The notes under the pieces: generated by a model
Seen by the model: only the letters and a program-made list of their open reading frames with translations
Told to the model about the DNA's origin: nothing
Databases searched by the model: none
In this document: positions 11,921-24,889 of the stretch, in pieces
Numbering within the stretch: position 1 is the first letter of the stretch
Layout of the letters: each line of letters starts with the position of its first letter
DNA from: Chiloscyllium plagiosum
Lineage: Eukaryota
DNA: 64,000 nucleotides
Assembly: GCF_004010195.1 (NCBI RefSeq)
Contig: NC_057720.1
Span: 34,837,992 to 34,901,991, forward strand
Reading direction: 5' to 3'
Program-made: the position numbers and the translations under genes

Positions 11921-13499
11921 ACTAACTTTCAGAGCACTGCTCTTTCATCAACTAAGTATGATTAATAGTAGGGCTCTTGCCTCACAATATTCAACTTGAA
12001 AAAAACTTCTGCTCATTTAGGGCTGAAAGTCAACCAGCCTCTGCACAGGTAGTGGAGGGGTCATGAACTGTTGTAAAGAATTAGAGATGGCCATCACCAG
12101 CAAATGTATGGGACATGGCATTAATTCTTTGGATGATGGTTACATTTTCTTGCACTGAATTAACCACATTATTGTCACTGGCTCCTGATGTGCAGGACTG
12201 TCTCGGTAAAGGATCAAAATAAACTTTCCAGATTTTCTTAGGTCAGCTGTTGGGAAAACTTCTATCAAACAAAAATTGCATTCTAACAATCATGCTTTAA
12301 ATAGCACAGCTTATGGACATCATGAACAAAGCCCATTTATTTTACATATCCTTTGTATGTGGGCCACAACTATCCCTTAGCCATGCACCAGATAAGAACT
12401 GAACCTTGGAGCAAAGCTATCACGACCAGACATGTACCTCCTCAGGTCATTTTCATCCACAAGAGCTTTGCAGGGTCGGTGGGATGTAGAGAGACAGGAC
12501 TGTAACAAAAGAACTGATAATGAATTTTACATCTGACTGAGTTAACAGGTACTGTATTCAAAAGATTGTGTGTTTGAAGAGACTCCAGTGCCTGATAAAC
12601 ATCAGGTAAAACCCTTCATCCAACGATCTTAGCATTGCCAAAGGGAGAGCAGCCAGCCTATTTCTAACAAATCCTCCTGTTTTCCTGTCAACAAGTATTT
12701 CTGCTAGTTCTTCATGCTGTTCCAGATACCACCTGCAGCTATAAATGAACATTACTTACTTTTGAAACCCTTTAGTCACAATTTCTAAAATCTCAAACCT
12801 TCAAAAGAATGTCAGAAAATGGCATAGCATACAGAATTCTTGCAATTCCCTTTGTCACAGTAATAATTTTCAATTATCCATGCTTAAAATTAATAGGATT
12901 CAAAGAGAGTCAAAGATCCCTTTGACTATTCAATCTTCAAATTATGGTTAACTAGTGAGCTCACCAGGGGTTTAAAAGTTGTCTTTCCAAGCCTTCTTAA
13001 GTGATATTTCAAAACTAATTTGCTTTTTTTGTCTTTCTGTAATTAACATAATTAAAATTTTAGGAGATAAGCACTGCAAGACCTATATCAAGTCACTGAC
13101 CTCTCTTCTTCAGTCATTATTACATAGAAATATATTCTTTTTGTCTGTCACTTTTTCCAAAAGAAGCCTGATTTTATTCATTCAGAAGCTGAGGAATCTA
13201 TAGGCATTAATATTCTCAAAGGAATTTTCAGTGGCACTGATGGATTAGATTGGCCAAACTATCTCAGATATTCTATTTTAATAAACTGAGCAACAGACCT
13301 TCTATCAGCTAGAAATACACCTCCTAGAGTTGTACTTCTAGCCTGAGGATCATTAACGTAATATTGACAACCTTCTTCCTGTCTGCCTGGGGGAGACGTA
13401 GAGTGAGCTTATATGTTACATTTTGTGTTGCAGACTTGTGTGTAAAGCACGATACAGTTCTGTTCTATGAAATGGACTGTTCCATTTCAGAGCGTACAT

Positions 13500-14250
13500 T
13501 AGATCATAAACAGAACTAGGCCATTCAGCCCATCGAGTCTGCTCAACCATGCAATGAGTTAATGTCTGATCTGATAACCCCCCAAAAAACCAAAAGAACT
13601 GCAGATGCTGGAAATCTAAAACAAAAACAAAAACAGAAATTGCTGGAAAAATTCAGCACATCTGGCAACATCTGTGGAGAGAAATCAGATTTAGTGTTTC
13701 AGGTCCAGTGACCCTTCCTCAGAATTCTAAAGAAAGGTCACTGGACCCAAAATGTGAACTCTGGTATCTCCCCCGAGATGTTGCCAGACCTGCTGGGTTT
13801 TCCAGCAACTTCTGGTTCTGATAATCCTCAATTTCATTTTCCTTCCTTTTCTCCATTCTCTTATGGAATAAAAATTTGTCCAGCTCAGCCTTGAATATAC
13901 CTAATAACCCAGATTCTACATAAAGAAGTCTATAGATTCAATACCCTCTGAGAGAAGAAAGGTGACCCTTTGCTCTCAGATTATGTCTTCTGGTCTTAGA
14001 GTCTCTCACAAGTGGAAACAACCTCTCTGCATTTACCCTGTCTGAGGATCATGTATGTTTCGATAAGGTCACCTCTCAATTTTCTAAATTCCAATGAATA
14101 CAGGCAGAACTTACTCAACCTCTCCTCATACCCACATTCAATCTCGTGAGCCTTTTTTTTGACTGCCTCCAATGTGGGCATGTCTTTCCTTAGATATGGG
14201 AACTAAAACTAGTCACAATGTTCCAGGTGTGGTCTCACTAGTACATTATA
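13500..14250 (-). mobile_element. CR1 3' fragment interrupted by a fold-back element
   Basis: ORF 13996..14181 LYSLEFRKLRGDLIETY. Confidence 0.85.
13578..13816. mobile_element. Fold-back hammerhead module (subfamily 2) with one motif per strand
   Basis: Inverted arms centred on gaattc 13722-13727; TSD tctgataa at 13570-13577 and 13817-13824. Confidence 0.88.
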
Positions 14251-14474
14251 ATCTCTTACAACAATGTGTTTCAAAGTCTGCATCAATATCCCACAGTTTC
14301 AATGCCAGTGTTTAATGTCTTCCTACTTCACTTTATTCCAATGTTATTGTACATCATTCTGTTTACCATGTTATGCATCAGGTTTACGATATGGATTAGA
14401 TTTAAAATTAATTATAGCTGTCCTCAGCTAGTTCATGGAGGCATAATTTTAACAATGACCTTGTATATGATAAT

Positions 14475-14781
14475 GCACGGTGGCACAGTGGTTAGCACTG
14501 CTGCCTCACAGCGCCAGAGACCCGGGTTCAATTCCCGCCTCAGGTGACTGACTGTGTGGAGTTTGCACGTTCTCCCCGTGTCTGCGTGGGTTTCCTCCGG
14601 GTGCTCCGGTTTCCTCCCACAGTCCAAAGATGTGCAGGGTCAGGTGAATTGGCCATACTAAATTGCCCGTAGTGTTAGGTAAGGGGTAAATGTAAGGGTA
14701 TGGGCGGGTTTCGCTTCGGCGGGTCGGTGTTAACTTGTTGGGCCGAAGGGCCTGTTTCCATACTGTAATGTAATCTAATCT
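14475..14781 (+). mobile_element. HE1-like V-SINE, young copy
   Basis: Intact A box tggcacagtgg, B box ggttcaattcc, V core, CpGs retained, taatct tail; near-identical to 41028-41331. Confidence 0.95.
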
Positions 14782-14891
14782 GAAATATAAAGTTTTAATC
14801 CTACCCGCCTGGCAGAAACCAGGCCGGTAGTTAAAATTAGCATGAAGCTAAACTTACCAATATCATAAATGGATTCTGCTATCTTCAGTTT

Positions 14892-15215
14892 TTAGAATTA
14901 GAATCCCTACAGTGTGGAAACTGGCCCTTGAGCCCAACAAGTTCATACTGGCCCTCCAAAGGGTATCCCACCCAGATCCCTACATTTACCCCTGATTCAA
15001 GCATTAACCTACACATCACTGAACAAAATGGGCAATTTGGCATAGCCAATTCATCTAACCTGCACATCTTTGGATTGCAGGAGGAAACCAGTGCATCTGA
15101 AGGAAACCCACACAGACACAGGGAGAATGTGCAAACTCCACACAGACAGTCACCCAAAGCTAGAATCGAACCTGGGTCCCTGGTACTGTGAGGCAGCAGT
15201 GCTAACTACCATCCC
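14892..15215 (-). mobile_element. HE1-like V-SINE
   Basis: Reverse-complement match to 14475-14781; tail-to-tail with it. Confidence 0.92.
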
Positions 15216-15849
15216 ACCTACTCTTCTGATTACCCATCTATAATTCTAACTATGGCATGAGCATGTATGTCAGCATTGGGTTTTACATGAGGAGAAGTCA
15301 AAGGCAGTAAAGATTATTTAAGTTAAGTTGTTTGTAACTTGCCTTGTGCAACCGGGAAGAAAAAGATGATAACTTTGAATGTTGGCATGCTTAGATTTGC
15401 CCAGTTCTGGGCATACCTCCTCCACTATCAAATAATCATTGCATTCCACTCCTTGCCTTACCCAATTGCCAAAGAACTCCTCTTACATGGCAACTGCTGC
15501 CCCCACCCCCCCCCCCCCCCCACCATCCAGACATGCTGCTGGATGGCCAGTTGCTAATTTCCATGGGTTCAGGGTGCGCAGTTGACTGGTAACGTGCAGG
15601 TGAGCCCTGACAGTTAGAATCACTTAGCACTAACATTGCCCAGGTCAGTGGGTCTGGTACTGATCTCTTGTGTGGGCTCTTTTGCTGCAGAACTGAAAAG
15701 TTTGCCGCATATTCAAGTCCCAACAATTTGCACAGTGTTTCCTTCTATATCTTGTAAATCATTCAAACTATAGCTGCAGCTGATAGTGGGATTTGATTCT
15801 GAATCCATTGACAGGATGACCTAACAAGCTGCCTGCTCACATCTACTTG

Positions 15850-16230
15850 GTGTTGAAATGGCTGCACCCATCCAGGCATGTGCTAAACATTCCATTACGC
15901 TCTTGCTTTGGGCTTGTAACTGATATTCATCTTACCCAAATAGTTGTGGGGATGATGAGTTTGTCAATAGTGATGCATAAGATATTGAAGGGTGACTGAC
16001 AAAGTGATGGTGATCCCATTCAAGGTTAAGGAGCTCTCTTTAGTTTTCTCTTGTTCAAGGTGACATTACCTTTCACTTATGTGTTCTGATTGTTACCTAA
16101 CAGCACAAACTTAGATAAGAAGTTTTATATCATTGTAGTTGTGAATGAAGATGAACACTGGAATTTTCAGCAAACAACATCACTCTTGACTATATGTTCA
16201 GGGAAACTCAGTGTTAAAGAAATAAACCTT
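15850..16230 (-). mobile_element. Highly degraded LINE RT fragment (probably same family as 47105-47895)
   Basis: Weak reverse-complement similarity around the QVT/MFA motifs. Confidence 0.4.
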
Positions 16231-16881
16231 GATTGATCTAATTTGCTGGACAGCAAGATTTGAAATACTGATCATCATTTTAAATTTGTGAATAAAGACT
16301 GTTAATCATTTGTGAATATTATCAAACATCAACCTAAAGTACATCCTGAGAGTTATTGTCTGTGCTATGAACTGTACCTGTGCTAAATTAAATAATGAGA
16401 TATCTGAAGATGTCTCAAAGCTGTAAACTCATTTATTGGTGAAGGAAAATTTTAAGGTTCATGTTTGTTGTTTCTGATGTCACATACATTCCTCAATTAT
16501 GTTACTCCTTTGTAGGTTTCACAGGTAGTCCAGGTTTACCTTAAAGAGTTAAAAATCTTCAAAACACAATGGTGAGAATCTACTTAGAAGTTTTCTGAAA
16601 TTTGTGAACAGTGCAAGTTGTATGAGATAATATCGTAAAACATTTTTATTTCATATTATGCAACATGAAATGATACAGAAAAAGCCTATGATTGTAAAAG
16701 TAAGGGGATAACTGAATCAGAAAATATTAAATAAGAATTCTATGAAAATTTAATCAAACTAAATAATATATAATTTACTTTTAAAACTATACTTTTAGAG
16801 GTTTAAAGTTGTTATGCATGCTTCATGTTTGGAGGTCTGACCAAAGTATTCACACATGATAGCTTATAGATCTACTGAATT

Positions 16882-17415
16882 AGTCATAGAGTCATAGTGC
16901 CGTACAGCATGGAAACAGACCCTGTGGTCCAACTCGTCCATGCCAACCAGGTTTCCCAAACTAAACTAGTCCCATTTGCCTGCATTTGGTCTATATTCCT
17001 CTAAACCTTTCCTATTCATGTAATTATTGAAATGTCTTTTTAAATGTTGTAACTACACCTGATGCTACCTCTTTTTCTGGCAGTTCATTCCACATACAAA
17101 TCATCCTCTGTGTGACAAAGGTGGCCCTCAGGTCCCTTTGAAATATTTCTCCTCTCACTTTAAATTATCCGTCTAGTTTTGAACTCTGCTACCCTTGGGA
17201 AAAGACCTCATGATTTTATATATCTCTATAAGGTCATCCTTCAGCCTCCTACATTCCAGTGAAAACAATCCCAGCCCATCCAGCCTCTCTTTCTAACCTG
17301 AAATACTCAAGTCCCTTAACATCATTATAAATATTTCTGCACCCTCTCCAATTTAATAATATACTTCACATAGCAGGGTGACCAGAACTGTACGCAGCCC
17401 TCCAAAAATGGCCTA
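16882..17415 (-). mobile_element. CR1 family A 3' end
   Basis: agtcatagagtcatag tail and colinear match to 7098-7650. Confidence 0.9.
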
Positions 17416-17913
17416 ATGTAAAATGCATCCAATTATTGTTTATTCTCCAAATCTAAGTACTAATTTCCTTCAAAAATGCCTACAATATTGCTGTAATAAT
17501 GCAAAAATCCTAAGTGATCCTAGCTGTTGTATATTGTTGTCCATCAAATGCTGTTTTGTTTATCCATGAGACATGTTCTTCATTGACCTGACAATATTTC
17601 TAATTCTGATGCTTCAAGCCATAGCAAGGTAGGTCCCCGAATTAGTTCCTTATTTTTCGACGATGAAAGTTGGTTTCCTATTCTGACAGCAGAATCATTG
17701 TCACATGTAAATGTAGATAAAAAATATGCAAGCAGATTAGGGAAGCTGGCTTGTTTACATTCTGAAGCGTAGCCATATGAGGGAGGTCACATCTTTACTG
17801 CTGTTTATGCTGAATATAATGTAAAAACATCTATGAAACATTGAAGAAAGTAAGAATTGCACTATCAGGGCACATTTTCCTTTCTAATCCATTTCATTGC
17901 ATCCATGCTTTAG

Positions 17914-17956
17914 GGCAAAGAAATTTTTAAGGCAAAGAAACTTTTAAGGCAAGAAA
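17914..17956. repeat. 17-bp tandem repeat, ~2.5 copies
   Basis: ggcaaagaaatttttaa / ggcaaagaaacttttaa / ggcaagaaa. Confidence 0.85.
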
Positions 17957-19288
17957 GTCAACCGGAGAAAATTGAAAATAACTGAGCAGCTAAATAAAAT
18001 ACCTGGTGAAAGATTAAAGGTTGATTTTGTGCTGCAGTCCCCCTGTATGTGCTCTGCACAAAGGTAAATGGAGTTTAGAAGCTCACTTCTAGCTGCGATG
18101 TGGGCCAACCCAATGGTGGATCCCCTGCTGACAGCTGGTGAACCCCGACTGAGGGAGCCAAAGGCTAAGGCTGGTCTACCATGCTGTCCTGCTAGGTCAC
18201 ACAAAGTGCCTGCCCACTTTGCACTGTTGGAGCTGAACAAACAGGGAAGGGCAGCACTGAACACTATAATCAACTCCTGGGGAGAGTGAATAAAGGCTGA
18301 ACAAAACCCAATTGAAGGTAGTAATAGCTGTTTGAAGAGAGGCAATATTACAGATTGCAAAACTGCTCCAGGTGCTGTTAGTCAGGGATGCTACCAAAAG
18401 TGTGGAATGTTCGATTGTGGTATTTACTACAGAGATGCTTCAGGTGGTTTCAACACTTCTCTTTCACGCAATGGAGATTTTGTGCAGCAGTTTACGATTA
18501 GAATTTAAATGTGTGAATTTCAGGCAAGAGGGCAGGATTAGGCTTGGCTTTAATGTTAACTCTCATGAAGATGGATTATTTGAATAAAGTATTGAATGGA
18601 GTTTGGGATCCTAAAGAACCTTGCTTCAGTTAACATTTGGGCAACCAATAGAAGTAGGTAATAGCTAGCTGTCTATTTGGGCCACCACAGTTTTAAGACC
18701 CAAACCAAACAGATATGCCAAGACAACTCATTCAATTGAGATTTCCAAATCAGACAACAGTTATCAACAGCAAGGCCAATTTGGAGAGGGGTGTTGGGAC
18801 AGATCGGCCGTAACAACAGAAAGTGTAAATCTCAGGGCAGAAGTGGCACAAATTATTTTTGGGAGCCCTGGAAGTACACATATCCCCCTTTGGTTCAAAT
18901 AGATCATTTGTCATGTACCGTAGCTCTACAGTTACAAACTAAAATGACAACAACTATAATATGATATACTGATTCCATAATACAAAATATGTTTCATAAT
19001 ATGTGCATTCTGAAAGAATCCAAGTGGTTGGGGGATTTATAGAAAATAGAAGATAGAACATTAAAGTGTAGTACAGGCCCTTCCGCCCTCAATATTGTGC
19101 CAACCTGTGTAACCAATCTGAAGCAGATCTAACCTACATTATTCCATTCTTGTCCACATGCCAATCTAATGACCATTTAAATGCCCTTAAAGTTAGTGAA
19201 TCTACTACAGTTGCATGCAGTGTGCTCCATGCCTCTACTACTCACTAAGTAAAGAAACTACCTTTGACATCTGTCCTATATCAATTTA

Positions 19289-20525
19289 TTTCAATGCAAG
19301 GGGCCTAACCGGGAAGGCAGATGAACTCAGGGCATGGTTAGGAACATGGGACTGGGATATCATAGCAATTACAGAAACATGGCTCAGGGATGGGCAGGAC
19401 TGGCAGTTAATGTTTCAGGATACAAATGCTACAGGAAGGATAGAAAGGGAGGCACGAGAGGAAGGGGAGTGGCATTTTTGATAAGGGATAGCATTACAGC
19501 TGTGCTGAGGGAGGATATTCCTGGAAATACATCCAGGGAAGTTATTTGGGTGGAACTGAGAAATAAGCAAGGGATGATCACCTTATTGGGATTGTATTAT
19601 AGCCCCATCAATAGTCAGAGGGAAATTGAGAAACAAACTTGTAAGAAAATCTCAGCTATCTGTAAGAATAATAGGGTGGTTATGGTAGGGGATAACTTTC
19701 CAAACATAGACTGGGACCGCCATAGTTTTAAAGGTTTAGACGGAGAGGAATTTGTTAAGTGCGTACAATACAATTTTCTGATTCAGTATGTAGATGTACC
19801 TACTGGAGAAGATGCAAAACTTGACCTACTCTTGTGAAATAAAGCAGGGCAGGTGACTGAGGTGTCAGTGGGGGAGCACTTTGGGGCCAGCGACCATAAT
19901 CTATTAGTTTTAAAATAGTGAGGGAAAGAATAGACCAGATCCTCTACTTTTTTTCATTTACATAAATAATTTGGATGTGAGCATAAGAGGTACAGTTAGT
20001 AAGTTTGGTGATGACACCAAAATTGGAGGTGTAGTGGACAGCGAAGAGGGTTACCTCAGATTACAGCAGGATCTTGACCAGATGGGCCAATGGGCTGAGA
20101 AGTGGCAGATGGAGTTTAATCCAAATAAATGCGAGGTGCTGCATTTTGGGAAAGCAAATTTTAGCAGGACTTAATGGTAAGGTCTTAGGGAGTGTTGCTG
20201 AACAAAGATATCTTGGAGTGCAGGTTCATAGCTCCTTGAAAGTGGAGTCGCAGGTAGATAGGATAGTGAAGAAGGTGTTTGGTATGCTTTCCTTTCTTGG
20301 AGGGTGGTACGTGTATGGAATGAGCTGCCAGAGGAAGTGGTGGAGGATAGCTCAATTGCAACATTTAAGAAGTATTTGGATGAGTATATGAATAGGAAGG
20401 GTTTGGAGGGATATGAGCCGGGTGCTGGCAGGTGGGACTGGATTGGGTTGGGATATCTGGTCGGCATGGACAGCTTGGATTGAAGGGTCTGTTTCCATAC
20501 TGTACATCTCTATGACTCTATGACA
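19289..20525 (+). mobile_element. Internally deleted CR1 family A (EN + RT pieces + 3' end) inserted in the family B element
   Basis: YFNARGL...AITETWL, GDNFPNIDW, LDLLL, KFGDDTK; tail ctctatgactctatga; flanking duplication atcaattta 19280-19288 and 20529-20537. Confidence 0.9.
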
Positions 20526-21063
20526 CACATCAATTTAAAGCTATGTCCCCTTGTTCTAGCCATTGCCATCTGAGGAAAAAAGCTCTCACTGTCCAACCTA
20601 TCTAACCCTCTAATTACCTTATATATCTCAATTAAGTCACCTCTCAACATTCTTCTCTCCAACAAAAACAGCCTCAAGTCTCTCAGCCTTTCCTTGTAAG
20701 ACCTTTCCTCCATACCAGGCAACATCCGAGTTAATCTATGCTGAACCCTTTCCAAAGCTTCCACATCCCTCCTATAATGGGGTGACTAGAATCACCTCAC
20801 ACTTTACCGCATTAAATTCCATTTGCCACCTTATCCAGCAAACCTACAAAATCCTTTGTCAATATCCACAACTCTACGGACCTTAGTGTCATCCTCAAAT
20901 CTGCCCTCATCTGGGTCATTTATAAAAATGACAAACAACAATGAATCCAAAACAGATCCTTGCAGTGCCCAACTAGTAACTGAACTCCAGGATTAATATT
21001 TTCCATCAACCACCACCCTCTGCCTTCTTTCAGCTAGCCAATTTCTGATCCAATACTTTAAAT

Positions 21064-22987
21064 GGGTGAAAGGGAAGGCTGGTAGGTATAGGGAATGCTG
21101 GATGACTAAAGAAATTGAGAGTTTGGTTAAGAAAAAGAAGGAAGCATATGTCAGGTATAGACAGGATAGATCGAGTGAATCCTTAGAAGAGTATAAAGGC
21201 AGTAGGAGGGAAATCAGGAGGACAAAACGGGGATATGAGATAGCTTTGGCAAATAAAATTAAGGAGAATGCAAAGGGTTTTTACAAATACATTAAGGACA
21301 AAAGGGTAACTAGGGAGAGAATAGGGCCCCTCAAAGATCAGCAAGGCGGCTTTTGTGTGAAGCCGCAGAAAATGGGGGAAATACTAAACGAGTATTTTGC
21401 ATCAGTATTTACTGTAGAAAAGGATATGGAAGATGTAGACTGTAGGGAAATATATGGTGACATCTTGCAAAATGGCCATATTACAGAGGAGGAAGTGCTG
21501 GATGTCTTGAAACGGGTAAAGGTGGATAAATCCNNNNGGCAAGTTGTTGGAGGGAATCCTGAGGGACAGGATGTACATGTATTTGGAAAGGCAAGGACTG
21601 ATTCGGGATAGTCAACATGGCTTTGTGCGTGGGAAATCATGTCTCACAAACTTGATTGAGTTTTTTGAGGAAGTAACAAAGAGGATTGATGATGGCAGAG
21701 CGGTAGATGTGATCTTTATGGACTTCAGTAAGGCATTCGACAAGGTTCCCCACGGGAGACTGATTAGCAAGGTTAGATCTCATGGAATACAGGGAGAACT
21801 CGCTATTTGGATACAGAACTGGCTCAAGGGTAGAAGACAGAGGGTGGTGGTGGAGGGTTGTTTTTCAGACTGGAGGTCTGTGACCAGTGGAGTACCACAA
21901 GGATCGGTGCTGGGTCCTCTATTTTTTGTCAATTACATAAATGATTTAGATGCGAGCATAAGAGGGACAGTTAGTAAGTTTGCAGATGATACCACAATTG
22001 GAAGTGTAGTGGACAGCGAAGAGGGTTACCTCAGATTACAACAGGATCTTGACTAGATGGGTCAATGGGCTGAGAAGAGGCAGATGGAGTTTAATTCAGA
22101 TAAATGCAAAGTGCTGCATTTTGGGAAAGCAAATCTTAGTAGGACTTATAAACTTAATGGTAAGGTCTTTGGGAATGCTGCTGAACAAAGAGACCTTGGA
22201 GTATGGATAGGGTAAATAGGCAGAGTCTTTTCCCTGGGGTTGGGGAGTCCAGGACTAGAGAGCATAGGTTTAGGGTGAAAGGGGAAAGATATAAAAGGTC
22301 ATTAGCTCCTTGAGAGTGGAGTTGCAGGTAGATAGGATAGTGAAGAAGGCATTTGGTATGCTTTCCTTTATTGGTCAGAGTATTGAGTACAGGAGCTGGG
22401 AGGTCCTGTTGCGGCTGTACATGACATTGGTTAGGCCACTGTTGGAATATTGCATGCAATTCTGGTCTCCTTCCTATCGGAAAGATGTTGTGAAACGTGA
22501 AACGGTTCAGAAAAGATTTACAAGCATGTTGCTAGGGTTGGTGGATTTGAGCTATAGGGAGAGGCTGAACAGGCTGTGGCTGTTTTCCCTGGAGCGTCGG
22601 AGGCTGAGGGGTGACCTTATAGAGGTTTACAAAATTATGAGGGGTATGGATAGGGTAAATAGGCAGAGTCTTTTCCCTGGAGTTGGGGAGTCCAGGACTA
22701 GAGGGTATAGGTTTAGGGTGAAAGGGGAAAGATATAAAAGAAACCTACGGTGCAACTTTTTCACACAGAGGGTGGAACGTGTATGGAATGAGCTGCCAGA
22801 GGATGTGGTGGAGGCTGGTACAATTGCAACATTTAAGAGCCATTTGGATGGGTATATGAATAGGAAGGGTTTGGAGGGATATGGGCCGGGTGCTGGCAGG
22901 TGGGACTAGATTGGATTGGGATATCTGGTCGGCATGGACGGGTTGGACCGAAGGGTCTGTTTCCATGCTGTACATCACTATGACTCT
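21064..22987 (+). mobile_element. CR1 family A linker-RT-3' end, containing an assembly gap
   Basis: ORFs 21066..21611, 21544..22056 (SQHGF, DFSKAFD, GVPQGSVLGP, FADD), 22310..22909. Confidence 0.95.
21534..21537. other. Assembly gap (NNNN)
   Basis: Four N bases; CR1 sequence normally lying between DKS and GKLLE is missing. Confidence 0.95.
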
Positions 22988-24107
22988 AAATCACCCTCAA
23001 TCCCATGCCTCCGTACTTTGTGCAATAGCCTACCATGGGGAACCTTATCAAACACCTTACTGAAATCCATATACGCCACATCAACTGCTTTACCCTCATT
23101 CACCTGTTCGGTCACCTTCTCAAAGTACTCAATAAGGTTTGTGAGGCACAACCTACCCTTAATAAAACCATGATGACTATCCCTAATCAACTTACTCTTT
23201 TCTGGATGATTATTAATCCTATCTCTTGTAACCCTTTCCAACACTTTACCCACAACCAAAGTAAGACTCACAAATCTATTATTACCAGGATTGTCTCTGT
23301 TCCCCTTAATGAACAAGGGGACAACATTTCCATCCTCCAGTCTTCTGGCACTGTACCTGTAAACAATGACGACATAAAAATCAAAGCTAAAGGCTCGGCA
23401 ATCTCCTCCCTGGCTTCCCAGAGAATCCTGGAATAAATTCCATCTGGCCTAGGGGACTTATCTATTTTTACACTTTCCAGAATTGCTAACACATCCTCCT
23501 TATGCATCTCAATCCCAGTTAGACTAGTAGTCTGTATCTCAGTATTCTCCTCGACCACATTGTCTTTTTCTAGTGTGAATACTGACGAAAAGTATTCATT
23601 TAGCACTTCCCCTATTTTCTCAGATTCCATGCATAACTTCCCATTACTATGCTTGATAGGCCCTAATCTTACTGTAGTCATTTTTTTATTTCTGATATAC
23701 CTTTAGAAAGCTTTCAGATTTTCCTTGATCCTATCAGCCAATGACTTCTCATGTCCCCTCCTGGCTCTTCTTCGCTCTCTCTTTAGGTCTTTCCTGGCTA
23801 ACTTGTAACTCTTCAGTGCCCTAACTGAGCCATCACATCTCGTCCTAACATAAGCCTTCTTCTTCCTCTTGACACGAAATTCAACTTCCTTAGTAAACCA
23901 CGGTTCTCGTTCTCAACAACTTCCTCCCTGCCTGATCGGTACATACTTATCAAGGACCCATAGTAGCTGATCCTTGAATAAGGTCCACATTTCAACTGTG
24001 CCCATCCCCTGCAGTTTTCTTCCCCATGCTAAATCTTGCCTAATCACATCGTAATTGCCTTTCCCCCAGCTATAGCTTTTGCCCTGTCGTATGTATCTAT
24101 CCTTTTT

Positions 24108-24420
24108 TTTAGATTAGATTCCATACAGTGTGGAAACAGGCCCTTCACCTAACAAGTCCACACACATCCTCCGAAGAGTAACCCACCCAGACCCATTTCC
24201 CCCTGACTAATGCACCTAACACTATGGGCAATTTAGCATGGCCAATTCACCTGACCTGCACCTGTTTAGATTGTGGGAGGAAACCAGAGCACCCGGAGGA
24301 AACCCACACAGACACAGGAGAATGTGCAAACTCCACACAGACAGTCACCTAAGGCTGGGATCAAATCTGGGTCCCTGGTGCTGTGAGGCAGCAGTGCTAA
24401 CCACTGAGCCACCGTGCTGC
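24108..24420 (-). mobile_element. HE1-like V-SINE inserted in CR1 family B
   Basis: Full reverse-complement SINE with agatt tail. Confidence 0.93.
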
Positions 24421-24889
24421 TAATCTGAATTATGATCACTATCAACAAAGTGCTCACCTACCTCCACATCTAACACCTGGCCAGGTTCATTACTCAGTAC
24501 CAGACCTAATGAGCCTCGCCCCTTGTTGGCCTGTCTACATACTGTGTCAGGAAAACCTCTTGCACACATTGGACAAAAATGGACCTGCCTAAACTACTTG
24601 AACTATAGTATTCCCAGTCAATATTTGGAAAGTTAAAGCCCCCATAACAACTACCCTGTCACTCTTGCTCCTATCAAGGATCATCTTTGCTATCCTATCT
24701 ACATCTCTGGAACTATTTGGAGGCCTGTAGAAAACTTCCAATAGGGTAACCTCTCCTTTCCTGTTTCTAATCTCAGCCCATACTACCTTAGTAGATGAGT
24801 CCTCAAACATCCTTTCTGCAACCATAATACTGTCCTTGACTAACAGTGTCACACCACCCCTTTTCTTTCACCATTTTCTTTGTTTACTG

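Larger units (their letters stand above)
19055..24870 (-). mobile_element. One CR1 family B element (EN-RT-3' end) split into four pieces: 19055-19288, 20529-21058, 22988-24107, 24421-24870
   Basis: Pieces are colinear (checked against 6226-7030); ORFs 24589..24852 (EN: VFYRPPNS), 23268..23681, 22978..23316 (RT), 20510..20764. Confidence 0.88.

Noticed and set aside
12380..12752. Exon-like minus-strand segments (ORF 12558..12752; acceptor-like ttcttttgttacag near 12500)
   Set aside because: No recognisable protein, and no consistent donor/frame pairing I can support.
14475..14560. SINE heads as functional tRNA genes
   Set aside because: They run directly into the V-SINE core and tail and lack a proper acceptor stem.
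18038..18063. Possible 26-nt micro-exon (tgcag|...|gtaaat)
   Set aside because: Weak pyrimidine tract; such matches are expected by chance.
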